DNA from: Candidatus Magasanikbacteria bacterium RIFOXYD2_FULL_41_14
Lineage (GTDB): Bacteria; Patescibacteriota; Patescibacteriia; Magasanikbacterales; GWA2-37-8
NCBI GenBank assembly: GCA_001784475.1
Contig: MFRE01000009.1
Location: 36,585 to 89,377 of the forward strand
Direction of reading: 5' to 3'
Length of the DNA: 52,793 nt
Positions within the stretch are counted from its first letter, which is position 1; every line of letters starts with the position of its first letter. The position numbers and the translations under genes are program-made. The notes beneath the pieces are model-generated. The model did no database searches, was not told the DNA's origin, and worked only from the letters and a program-made list of their open reading frames with translations. Of this stretch, positions 6,483 through 15,839 are shown piece by piece.

Positions 6483-7730
6483 ATGAAAATTAAGCAAATT
6501 TTGGCTCGGGAAATTTTGGACTCACGCGGTAATCCTACAGTTGAAGCTAAAGTAATTTTGGTAAATGGCATAGTTGCGGTCGCAAAAGCGCCATCGGGCG
6601 CATCTACTGGCTCACACGAGGCACGTGAACTCCGCGATGGTGGTAAGCGTTATGGTGGTAAAGGCGTTTTGTGGGCTGTAAAAAATGTCAATTCTATTAT
6701 TGCCAAGAAATTGGTTGGTTTTGATGTGGAAGATTTGGTCGCTTTGGATCAAATGATGATAAATCTGGATGGCACTAAAAATAAATCTAATTTGGGCGCA
6801 AATGCCACGACCGCGGTATCAATGGCCTTGGCCCGCGTTGGCGCGGCTGCGAATCGCCAGCCACTTTATTTATATTTACGCAAAACTTTTGGTTTGAAAG
6901 AAAAAGAGTATCGTTTGCCCACGCCGATGATGAATATTTTAAATGGGGGACGACATGCGGACAACGGTCTTTCGGTGCAGGAATTTATGATTGTGCCTAA
7001 GAATAAACTTTTTCGGGAGCAAGTACGCATGGGTTCACAGGTATTTCATGCTTTAGAAAATATTTTGGCGCAGAAGGGATACTCAGTTGCTGTTGGCGAC
7101 GAAGGTGGATTTGCTCCGCAGTTATTAAATAATGAGCGCGCTTTGCAGGTAATTGTTGAAGCGATTAAATATACTGGCTGGGTGCCGGGTAAGCAAATAT
7201 TTTTAGGAGTTGATGTCGCCTCTTCTGAATTTTATCATAAAGATAGTTATTATTTTGTCAGCAAAAAACAGGGCTGGCGCGCGGATAAAATGATTACCAC
7301 TTATGCCACTTGGCTTAAAAAATACCCATTAATTTTGATTGAGGACGGTTTAGCGGAAGATGATTGGGCAAATTGGCAGATTATGACTAAAGAGTTGGGT
7401 AAAAAATCACTGCTTATAGGTGATGATTTATTTACCACTAATGTTAATCGTTTAGAGCGGGGGGTAAAAGAAAAAGTAGCTAATGCGATTTTAATTAAAC
7501 CAAATCAGATTGGTACTTTGACTGAAACAATGCAGACGATTAATTTGGCCAAGAAGTCTGGGTATCAAGTGGTAATATCACATCGTAGCGGGGAGACCGC
7601 CGACACCTTTATTGCAGATTTAGCCGTTGCTGTTAATGCCGACTTTATCAAAACCGGTTCGCTGTCGCGATCCGAACGAGTGGAAAAATACAATCGGTTG
7701 ATGGAAATTGAATTGGAACTGGGACGGTAA
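6483..7730 (+). CDS. eno: Enolase
   Basis: The N-terminus ILAREILDSRGNPTVEAKV, plus SHRSGETAD and IKPNQIGTLTET. Confidence 0.97.
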   Translation: MKIKQILAREILDSRGNPTVEAKVILVNGIVAVAKAPSGASTGSHEARELRDGGKRYGGKGVLWAVKNVNSIIAKKLVGFDVEDLVALDQMMINLDGTKNKSNLGANATTAVSMALARVGAAANRQPLYLYLRKTFGLKEKEYRLPTPMMNILNGGRHADNGLSVQEFMIVPKNKLFREQVRMGSQVFHALENILAQKGYSVAVGDEGGFAPQLLNNERALQVIVEAIKYTGWVPGKQIFLGVDVASSEFYHKDSYYFVSKKQGWRADKMITTYATWLKKYPLILIEDGLAEDDWANWQIMTKELGKKSLLIGDDLFTTNVNRLERGVKEKVANAILIKPNQIGTLTETMQTINLAKKSGYQVVISHRSGETADTFIADLAVAVNADFIKTGSLSRSERVEKYNRLMEIELELGR

Positions 7731-7747
7731 ATTATATTTAAATTATT

Positions 7748-9349
7748 ATGATACGAGAAAAGAACATTCCTATTAAGAAAAAGCGTGGAAGAGTAAGTAA
7801 AATCGATCGTTCGCCAGTCGCTTTGATTATTTTAGATGGTTTTGGTTTAGGTAAAGTTGATGATCCTGGCAATGCCATTACTCCCACAACTGCTCCCAAC
7901 ATTTTTTCTTATTTTAAAAAATACGCTCATTCCACTTTAAAAACTTACGGGCAATATGCCGGTTTATTTATCGGGCAAGTAGGTAATTCCGAGGCTGGGC
8001 ATTTAAATATTGGCGCCGGCCGGATTGTTAAACAAGATTTAGTGATAATTTCCGAAGCGATTCATAACGGTACTTTTTTTAAGAACACTGCTTTTAAAGA
8101 TGCTTTGTTTCACACCAAAAAACATAATTCTGCCGTTCATTTAATGGGGCTTTTGACAGATGGTAATAGCGCGCACGCTTATCCAGAACATTTATACGCG
8201 CTGTTGGAGCTGTGTCGCGATTTTGGACAAAAAAAAGTTTATTTGCATTTGTTTACCGATGGTCGTGATTCTTCACCACATAGTGCTTTGCAGTTTTTGC
8301 GCGTTTTGCGCACACATATGTTGGAAAACGAAAAAGTGGCTACGATTATGGGGCGGTTTTACGGCATGGATCGAAATAAAATTTGGAGTCGTACCAAAAT
8401 GGCGTATGAGGCCATTACCGCTGGTAAGGGGAATTTTGCCAAGTCGGCCGAAGAGGCATTAAGTCAGGCGTATAACCGTGGTGAAACCGATGAATATGTA
8501 ATGCCAACTATTATTACAAAATCTGGCAAACCCATTGCCACCATTCAAGACAATGACGCGGTTATTTTTTTTAACGCGCGTAGCGATCGCGCCCGCGAAA
8601 TAACCAAATCATTAGTTCAAGAAGATTTTACTCAAAAAAATCCTGGTTCATTTAATCGTCGCCATAACCCCAAGAATCTTCGGTTTGTGGCTTTAACTGA
8701 TTTTGGGCCGGATTTACCGGGCGTATTAACGGCTTTCCCTAGTTCTGATATTAAGAATTGTTTGCCGCTCGCGGTGGGCGAAAAATATCGGCAATTATAT
8801 ATTTCCGAAACTGAAAAATTTGCCCATGTTACCTATTTTATTAATGGCGGTTTTGCCGATCCTTTAGATGGCGAAGAAAGAGAACTAGTTAAATCGGAAC
8901 CAGTGCGTTCGTATGCTGATAAACCGGAAATGAGTTGTCGCCTTATTAGCCGTAAAATTTGTAATTATTTAAAAAAAGATAAATATAATTTTATTGTGGT
9001 TAATTTTCCCAATGCCGATATGGTGGGGCATACTGGAAACTTGGACGCCGCCAAAAAAGCAGTAAAAATAATGGATACTGAAGTGGGTAGAGTAGTGGAA
9101 ATGATTTTGAAAAAAAATGGGGTGGCTTTGATTACCGCCGACCATGGCAACGCTGATGTTATGATCAACTTTGATACCAAAGAAATGATGACGGAACACA
9201 CGGAAAATTCAGTGCCCTGTATTTTAATTTCTAAAAAGTGTATGTTGAAACGTTTAAAAAATGGTATTTTAGCTGATGTCGCACCGACACTATTAAAAAT
9301 TATGGGCATTAAAAAACCCAAAGAAATGACGGGAAAATCGTTGTGTTAA
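7748..9349 (+). CDS. gpmI: 2,3-bisphosphoglycerate-independent phosphoglycerate mutase, paralogue 1
   Basis: LIILDGFG, GNSEAGHLNIGAGR (catalytic Ser), NADMVGHTG and TADHGNAD. It carries a basic N-terminal extension of about 20 aa. Confidence 0.9.
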   Translation: MIREKNIPIKKKRGRVSKIDRSPVALIILDGFGLGKVDDPGNAITPTTAPNIFSYFKKYAHSTLKTYGQYAGLFIGQVGNSEAGHLNIGAGRIVKQDLVIISEAIHNGTFFKNTAFKDALFHTKKHNSAVHLMGLLTDGNSAHAYPEHLYALLELCRDFGQKKVYLHLFTDGRDSSPHSALQFLRVLRTHMLENEKVATIMGRFYGMDRNKIWSRTKMAYEAITAGKGNFAKSAEEALSQAYNRGETDEYVMPTIITKSGKPIATIQDNDAVIFFNARSDRAREITKSLVQEDFTQKNPGSFNRRHNPKNLRFVALTDFGPDLPGVLTAFPSSDIKNCLPLAVGEKYRQLYISETEKFAHVTYFINGGFADPLDGEERELVKSEPVRSYADKPEMSCRLISRKICNYLKKDKYNFIVVNFPNADMVGHTGNLDAAKKAVKIMDTEVGRVVEMILKKNGVALITADHGNADVMINFDTKEMMTEHTENSVPCILISKKCMLKRLKNGILADVAPTLLKIMGIKKPKEMTGKSLC

Positions 9350-9429
9350 TATATATTTTTTAATTCTTAGTCGCAAAATAGCGGGTGAAAATGAAATAGA
9401 AATTTAAAATTTAAAATCTGCAATTTAGT

Positions 9430-11022
9430 ATGTCTTATAAACCGGTAGTGTTAACAATTTTTGATGGTTTGGGTGTGGCGCCGCCAGGTGAAGGCAACGC
9501 CGTGACGCTGGCTGTTATGAAAAACTTTAACAAATTTATCAAAGAGTATCCAGTGATGACTTTATTTGCCGCTGGCAATGAAGTCGGTCTTATGTTTGGT
9601 GAAATGGGCAACTCTGAAGTTGGCCATTTGAATATTGGCGCTGGCCGAGTGTATTATCAATCATGCCCGCGTATTAATCAAACCATCAGTGATGGTTCTT
9701 TTTTTACCAATCCGGCGCTTTTGAAAGCAATTATTCAAGCTAAAGAGAAAAAAACTAATTTGCATTTAATTGGTTTATTGTCGGCCGGCAATATTCACGC
9801 GAGTGAATCACATCTGTATGCTTTATTGGATTTATGTCGCCAGTACAAATTATCTTCCACTTTAAATAATCGAGTTTTTGTACATGTAATTCTGGACGGG
9901 CGCGATGCTCCCTATAACTCTGGAGCTGATTTTGTGCGGCGTTTGCAAGATAAGATGAATAGTTTGAAAGTCGGCAAGATTGCTTCTTTATCCGGTCGTT
10001 ATTATGCCATGGACCGTGACAATCGGTGGGATCGTGTAGAAAAGGCCTATCGCGCGATGGCTCTGGGGGAATCTGATCGCATTTCCGACGATCCAATTAA
10101 AGCAATTTTGGATTCGTATGAAAAAAAAGTTTTTGATGAAGAATTTATTCCGACTGTCATAACGAAGCGAGGCGCGCCAGTGGCCACTTTTAAAGAGGGG
10201 GATGCTGCCATTTTTTTTAACTTTCGGCCTGACCGAGCGCGCCAACTAACTAAGGCCTTTGTGCTTCCTGGTTTTGATAAATTTGAACGTCCTTATTTAC
10301 GCGATTTGTGTTTTGTAACCATGTCTGAATATGAAAAAGATTTACCTGTGTCCGGTGTTGCTTTCAATCCTTTGGTAGTAGTTAACAGTTTGGCCGAAAC
10401 TATTAGTAAGGCGGGTAAAAAACAATTTCATTTGGCCGAAACTGAAAAATATGCGCATGTTACTTATTTTTTAAATGGGGCAGTTGAGGACGCGTTCCCC
10501 GGGGAGGACCGATCACTTATCCCTTCTCCCCAAGTATCCAGTTATAACGAAGCGCCCGAGATGTCGGCGGCCTTAGTGGCTAAGGAGGCGGCGAAAGCTA
10601 TAGATAGTGGCAAATATGATTTTGTAGTGGTGAATTTGGCCAATCCTGATATGGTGGGGCATACTGGTGATTTAGCCGCGACTGTGAGGGGTTGCGAAGC
10701 GGCTGATAAGGCATTTGGCAATATTGTCGATCATACCTTAGCCGTGGGAGGCGTAGTAGTAATGACAGCCGATCATGGTAATTCCGAGGAAGTAATAAAT
10801 TTTCAAACTGGCGATATTGATAAAGAGCATACCACTAATCCGGTACCTTTACTTATTATTGGCAAGGATTTTCAAGGCCAAGCTGGGCCGGCTGGTGATC
10901 CGCCAGAAGGAGATTTGTCTTTAATGCATCCGGTAGGAGTTTTGGCTGATATCGCGCCAACAGTTTTAAAATTAATGGGCGTGGAGAAGCCGGGGGAGAT
11001 GACGGGAACGTCACTTATTTAA
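9430..11022 (+). CDS. gpmI: 2,3-bisphosphoglycerate-independent phosphoglycerate mutase, paralogue 2
   Basis: LTIFDGLG, GNSEVGHLNIGAGR, NPDMVGHTG and TADHGNSE. Confidence 0.92.
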   Translation: MSYKPVVLTIFDGLGVAPPGEGNAVTLAVMKNFNKFIKEYPVMTLFAAGNEVGLMFGEMGNSEVGHLNIGAGRVYYQSCPRINQTISDGSFFTNPALLKAIIQAKEKKTNLHLIGLLSAGNIHASESHLYALLDLCRQYKLSSTLNNRVFVHVILDGRDAPYNSGADFVRRLQDKMNSLKVGKIASLSGRYYAMDRDNRWDRVEKAYRAMALGESDRISDDPIKAILDSYEKKVFDEEFIPTVITKRGAPVATFKEGDAAIFFNFRPDRARQLTKAFVLPGFDKFERPYLRDLCFVTMSEYEKDLPVSGVAFNPLVVVNSLAETISKAGKKQFHLAETEKYAHVTYFLNGAVEDAFPGEDRSLIPSPQVSSYNEAPEMSAALVAKEAAKAIDSGKYDFVVVNLANPDMVGHTGDLAATVRGCEAADKAFGNIVDHTLAVGGVVVMTADHGNSEEVINFQTGDIDKEHTTNPVPLLIIGKDFQGQAGPAGDPPEGDLSLMHPVGVLADIAPTVLKLMGVEKPGEMTGTSLI

Positions 11023-11023
11023 T

Positions 11024-11140
11024 TGTCATTGCGACCCGCCTTGGGCGGGGAAGCAATCTCTCGTTGCCTGCCCCGTAGTGAACGAAAGGCGTTCTACTAC
11101 TGGGGTCATTGCGACCGAGTCGTAACGAGGTAAAGAAATC
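11024..11140. repeat. Cluster of short GC-rich palindromic repeat units (GTCATTGCGAC ... GAAGCAATCT family)
   Basis: gtcattgcgac occurs at 11025-11035 and again at 11105-11115. The cccgcc-ttg-ggcggg hairpin is at 11035-11049 and gaagcaatct at 11050-11059. A second hairpin, ccccgtagtg...tactactgggg, follows. Related motifs recur at 41791-41812 and 42298-42375. Confidence 0.7.
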
Positions 11141-11198
11141 CTTTTACGAATGTCAAATTTCCAATGTCAAACAAAATTCAAATTTCAAGATAATTGAT

Positions 11199-11591
11199 AT
11201 GCTAACTAAAAAAGAAAAACAATTAATTATAAAAGCTAAGTCTCTTGTGGACCCAAAAATAATTAGAGGTAGTGGCGCACTTAAAGAAGTTGGTTGTGTA
11301 TTGATTACAGGAAAAGGGCGTTTATTTACGGGTGTTAGCATGGATTTGGCTTGTGGTATTGGTTTTTGCGCAGAACATACCGCAATATCGCAAATGATCA
11401 CTCAGACAAATGAAACGCATGTCAAAATTATTGTTGCGGCGAATAACAGAGGCGCCCTTCCACCGTGTGGACGGTGTCGGGAACTTATGAATATTTTGGA
11501 TGCAAAAAATATCAACACCGAAGTAATTATTACTATTGATAAAAAGGTTACATTGAAAGAACTTTTGCCTTTGGCATGGCAGCCGAAGTAA
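11199..11591 (+). CDS. cdd: Cytidine deaminase (small homotetrameric type)
   Basis: Zinc-ligand motifs CAEHTA and PPCGRCRELM, about 130 aa. The ATG at 11199 is preferred, because the 30 upstream codons of the track ORF run through the repeat cluster. Confidence 0.8.
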   Translation: MLTKKEKQLIIKAKSLVDPKIIRGSGALKEVGCVLITGKGRLFTGVSMDLACGIGFCAEHTAISQMITQTNETHVKIIVAANNRGALPPCGRCRELMNILDAKNINTEVIITIDKKVTLKELLPLAWQPK

Positions 11592-11610
11592 AGATTTCTT
11601 TTCTTAAATA

Positions 11611-11641
11611 AAAAAAATCCAAATTAACGTTTGGATTTTTG
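11611..11641. terminator. Bidirectional AT-rich hairpin terminator between convergent genes
   Basis: aaatccaaa-ttaacg-tttggattt is flanked by an A-run and a T-run. Confidence 0.55.
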
Positions 11642-11662
11642 AATTTAAAATTTTTGGTTTAT

Positions 11663-12805
11663 TTAGATTTTAGGATTTAGAGTTCTTAAATGTTCTTGAA
11701 TTTTTTCTTCTGCTTCTACTAAATTTAGTCCTGGTAGAGAAAAATGTGCTTGTTTTTTGTTGCCTTCGCTATGCATACTCGCGGTTAGTTGTTTGGCATC
11801 ATGTTTTTCATTGGCATGGAATACCGCCTGGATTATGCCGTCCCTCGGGTCTTCATAGATCAGAGCGGTCATTTCCGCTTCGGGAGCATTGCCAATTAAT
11901 TCTTCGGCCATTCCGACCAGATCCTCAACTTTAGCGCCAGCCCGTGCGAAATCGTCCCGAGTAATTGTAGTACAGGCTAACTTGATATCTGGATATAACT
12001 TTAAGCGGGTCAAAGCTCCACCCCATAATTTTAATGTGGATAAAGTTTTTGTTCGATATAAATTGGTAATAATTTTTTCTCGATCAGCACCTAAGGCCAC
12101 CAGCGTGCTGGCATTTTTTAGAGTTAGGGGCGAGACATGAGAAGATTTAAAACTGCGGGTGGTAGCGGTAATCCCCGTTAAAAGCGCGGTGGCAATGTCG
12201 GCAGTGATTTGGAATTCGTTAATTTGGTTTAAAAGTTTAAAAAGCGTTTCAGACACACCAGCGGAACTTAAGTCAATAAAGTTTATCTTACCGAAGCGCT
12301 CGTTGCCTGGGTGGGTGTCTAAATTTACCAGTGGCACTCGATAAAATAGATCAGTATTATTGGCAAATACTTCGCCTAAACCAGCCAAATCCTGCGCGCC
12401 CAAGGTAATAATGAGATCATAGCGATAAGTGGATTGAGCGGTGCGCAAATCAGAAGCGGTCACTGTGCCTGATCGTGGTGTTAAATAAATTGATAAACTG
12501 CCGTCTTTAATATCGTAACTTAAGGTATCAATTTTCGTTTTTGAAACATCCACCTTAATAATAAATTTTTGTAAATGTTCCAGTTCCGGTTTAATTTTTT
12601 CTGCGCCAGGTAAAAACACCAAATTTTTTAAAAGAATAAAATTAGCCGACACGATGTCGGCCTGTTTATGATTTGCGAGTAAAAACATTTGTAGGGCGAG
12701 TGCGCTTGCCGTCCAGTCAATTTCTGCTTGAGTAGGCAAAGCGATCAAAATGTGTTTGCTGTCCGCAATTATATTTTTAAATTGTTCAATTTCAGTTAAA
12801 GCCAT
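11663..12805 (-). CDS. DHH/DHHA1 (NrnA-like) family protein with degenerate catalytic motifs
   Basis: The overall NrnA-like layout is kept. DHH is replaced by DTH (NLDTHPGN), GDTGxF by TATTRSF, and GGGH by EGNKKQAH. The N-terminal DxD motif is not evident. The start at M35 (12805) is preferred. Confidence 0.6.
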   Translation of the reverse strand: MALTEIEQFKNIIADSKHILIALPTQAEIDWTASALALQMFLLANHKQADIVSANFILLKNLVFLPGAEKIKPELEHLQKFIIKVDVSKTKIDTLSYDIKDGSLSIYLTPRSGTVTASDLRTAQSTYRYDLIITLGAQDLAGLGEVFANNTDLFYRVPLVNLDTHPGNERFGKINFIDLSSAGVSETLFKLLNQINEFQITADIATALLTGITATTRSFKSSHVSPLTLKNASTLVALGADREKIITNLYRTKTLSTLKLWGGALTRLKLYPDIKLACTTITRDDFARAGAKVEDLVGMAEELIGNAPEAEMTALIYEDPRDGIIQAVFHANEKHDAKQLTASMHSEGNKKQAHFSLPGLNLVEAEEKIQEHLRTLNPKI

Positions 12806-13033
12806 ATCGATGAAAATGTCAAAATCCAAATTTCTAATTTCAAATTGTGTGATTGCGACGCTAAAATCTTTTTTGTTAGAAAGCAGACCTGAGAATCCAA
12901 TATGCAAAATAACACGCTATTCTATCAATTATGCGCGTTTTTGTCAATAGAGGTCATTAATTTAACGATTTGGTTCTAAATATGCCATTTTCTTGCCTTT
13001 TTTAAGGGCTTAGTGTAAAATATATATTGCATT

Positions 13034-15835
13034 ATGCCTATGTCCAAAGAGTTACCCAAGGCCTACGAGCCCCAAAATTACGAGGACGTGATTTATAAAC
13101 GCTGGGAAGACAGTGGGTTTTTTAATCCAGATGTTTGTGTTGAGAAAGATGTCACTGATGTAAACGCCAAGCCGTTTACTATTGTTTTGCCACCGCCTAA
13201 TGTTACCGGCACACTTCATATTGGCCATGCCATGATGCTCGCGATTGAGGATTTAATGACGCGTTATCACCGCATGAAAGGCGATAAGACATTGTGGTTG
13301 CCGGGCACTGACCATGCCGCTATCGCCACCCAAACTAAAGTGGAAAAATTATTAATTGAAAAAGGAATCAAAGACCCGAAAAAAGAATTAGGCCGAGAAA
13401 AATTTTTGGATGAGGTGAATAAATTCGCGCAGGCGTCGCATGATACAATTGTTAATCAATGCAAAAAAATGGGAAGCAGTTTGGATTGGAGTCGGGAGGC
13501 GTTTACTTTGGATGAACCGCGTAATTTAGCAGTGCGCACGGTTTTTAAAAAAATGTATGATGATGGTTTGATTTATCGCGGTTATCGCATTGTTAATTGG
13601 TGTCCGCGTTGTCATTCAACTTTGGCGGACGATGAGGTGGAACATAAAGATCAAATTGCAAAATTATACACTTTTAAATATTCAAAAGATTTTCCGATTG
13701 CGATTGCGACTACACGACCAGAAACAAAATTGGGTGATACCGCAGTGGCTGTTAATTCGACAGATAAACGGTACGCCAAGTATATTGGTCAGGAATTTGT
13801 AATTAAAAATTTTGCTAATGGCACGGATTTAAAAATTAAAATAATTGGCGATGAAAATGTTGATGTGAATTTCGGCACGGGTGCGGTTGGTGTAACACCG
13901 GCGCATAGTTTTGCTGATTATGAAATGTATTTGAAAAATAATTTAGAGTTAATTTCGGTAATCGATGAAGACGGAAAGATGACCGCTTCGGCTGGCAAAA
14001 ATTATCAAGGATTACCGGTTAAAGAAGCGCGTACGAAAGTGGTGGAACATTTGGTCGCGAATGGATTGTTAGAAAAAGAAGAGGATGTGTCGAATAGTTT
14101 ATCGATTTGTTATCGCTGTGGCTACGCGATTGAACCAATTCCATCCAAACAATGGTTTATTGATGTAAATAAAAAATTCGCGCTAGGCGATTCAAAATTA
14201 AATGGAATAAAGACCGGTCAGCAAGTTTCATTAAAAGATTTGATGCGGCAAGTGGTTGATAGTGGACAAATTGAAATAATTCCTGAACGATTTAGTAAAA
14301 CGTATTCACATTGGATAAATAATTTACGCGATTGGTGTATTTCGCGTCAGATTTGGTATGGACATCAGATTCCGGTTTGGTATTGTTTGATGTGTATGGA
14401 TAAAAATAATGGCATAAAAGAAGTATTATTCCACGGTGAGAATTTTGACAGAACACTAGTTGTGGGCAAAAGAAACTCGGCAGATCCTATTGTGTCTGTT
14501 AATCAACCGGATGAATGTCCAACTTGCAATTGCGCGGATCGTGCTAAGCTCATCCAAGATCCAGATACATTGGATACCTGGTTTTCTTCTGGTTTGTGGA
14601 CGTTTTCTACTTTGGGCTGGCCAGAGAAAACAGTTGACTTACAAACTTTTCATCCAACTTCCGTGTTGGAAACCGGTTATGATATTTTATTTTTCTGGGT
14701 GGCACGCATGGTTCTTATGACCACATATGTTTTGGGTGATATTCCGTTTGAAAAAGTTTATATGCACGGACTTGTGCGTGATGAGCAAGGACGTAAGATG
14801 AGTAAATCGCTTGGTAATGTAATTGATCCATTGGATTCAATTGCCAAATATGGTGCCGATGCGACACGCCTGTCTTTGTTGCTTGGTAATACTCCCGGCA
14901 ATGATACTAGATTGTCCGAAGAAAAAATCGCCGGGTTTAGGAATTTTACAAATAAGTTGTGGAATATGGCGCGATTTATTATCGCGAATTCAAAAATTAA
15001 AAATCAAAATTCAAAATTACAATTAAAAATTCAAAATTTGACATTAGCTGACAAATGGATTTTGTCGCGTTTAGATGCTACCGTTAAAGATGTAAGCGAG
15101 AATATTGAAAATTTTCAATTTTCTGCGGCCGGTGAAAAATTGCGCGATTTTACTTGGAGTGAATTGGCTGATTGGTATTTAGAAATCGCGAAAATAGAGG
15201 GTGACAAAGAAGAGATTTTACAGTATATTTTGCAAACATTACTTAAATTGTGGCATCCATTTATGCCGTTTGTTACTGAACAAATTTGGAGTGAGATGTT
15301 CGGCATCGATAGAATGTTAATGGTAGAATCGTGGCCACACCTTGTCATTCCGACCGTAGTGGAGGAATCCCTTAACGATTTTAATACCATACAACTTATC
15401 ATCACCACCATCCGTTCCGCTCGCGCCGACAACAAAATCGAACCAAACAAAAAAATTGACGCAACAATCAGTGCTGGAGCCAAAGAAAAATTATTAATCG
15501 AAAATAGCGCCATTATCACCGGCCTCGCGCGTTTAGAAAAATTAACAATTGAGAAAAAAGCTGTCAAACCCGAAAACGCCGTGGCGCTCGTGTGCGGTGA
15601 TATGGAAATTTATTTGGATTTATCCGGTGCTGTCGACATAGAAAAAGAAAAAGTGCGTTTAACTAAAGAAGTTGAAGCAACCGAAAAATTCGTCACAATA
15701 ATGAATAATAAATTGGCGAACGCAGAATTTGTAAATAACGCGCCACCAGCAGTGGTTGAAAAAGAAAAACAAAAATTGTCAGATGCACAAACAAAATTAG
15801 AAAAATTACAAACCCAACTAAATAATTTAAAATAA
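13034..15835 (+). CDS. valS: Valyl-tRNA synthetase
   Basis: PPPNVTGTLHIGHA (HIGH), KMSKSLGN (KMSKS), the editing domain, and the C-terminal coiled coil. Confidence 0.97.
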   Translation: MPMSKELPKAYEPQNYEDVIYKRWEDSGFFNPDVCVEKDVTDVNAKPFTIVLPPPNVTGTLHIGHAMMLAIEDLMTRYHRMKGDKTLWLPGTDHAAIATQTKVEKLLIEKGIKDPKKELGREKFLDEVNKFAQASHDTIVNQCKKMGSSLDWSREAFTLDEPRNLAVRTVFKKMYDDGLIYRGYRIVNWCPRCHSTLADDEVEHKDQIAKLYTFKYSKDFPIAIATTRPETKLGDTAVAVNSTDKRYAKYIGQEFVIKNFANGTDLKIKIIGDENVDVNFGTGAVGVTPAHSFADYEMYLKNNLELISVIDEDGKMTASAGKNYQGLPVKEARTKVVEHLVANGLLEKEEDVSNSLSICYRCGYAIEPIPSKQWFIDVNKKFALGDSKLNGIKTGQQVSLKDLMRQVVDSGQIEIIPERFSKTYSHWINNLRDWCISRQIWYGHQIPVWYCLMCMDKNNGIKEVLFHGENFDRTLVVGKRNSADPIVSVNQPDECPTCNCADRAKLIQDPDTLDTWFSSGLWTFSTLGWPEKTVDLQTFHPTSVLETGYDILFFWVARMVLMTTYVLGDIPFEKVYMHGLVRDEQGRKMSKSLGNVIDPLDSIAKYGADATRLSLLLGNTPGNDTRLSEEKIAGFRNFTNKLWNMARFIIANSKIKNQNSKLQLKIQNLTLADKWILSRLDATVKDVSENIENFQFSAAGEKLRDFTWSELADWYLEIAKIEGDKEEILQYILQTLLKLWHPFMPFVTEQIWSEMFGIDRMLMVESWPHLVIPTVVEESLNDFNTIQLIITTIRSARADNKIEPNKKIDATISAGAKEKLLIENSAIITGLARLEKLTIEKKAVKPENAVALVCGDMEIYLDLSGAVDIEKEKVRLTKEVEATEKFVTIMNNKLANAEFVNNAPPAVVEKEKQKLSDAQTKLEKLQTQLNNLK

Positions 15836-15839
15836 TTTT

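Noticed and set aside
11109-11198. Upstream 30 codons of the cdd track ORF
   Set aside because: They translate the intergenic repeat nest (VIATESRNEVKKS-type sequence). A canonical ~130-aa cytidine deaminase starts at the ATG at 11199.
14988-15040. A/T-rich 'attcaaaa' repeat run inside valS (KIKNQNSKLQLKIQN) as an in-frame repeat insertion
   Set aside because: The corresponding linker before the (L)ADRWIL motif in characterised ValRS is of similar length, as far as I recall. There is therefore no evidence of extra sequence, and it is probably just a low-complexity linker in an AT-rich genome.
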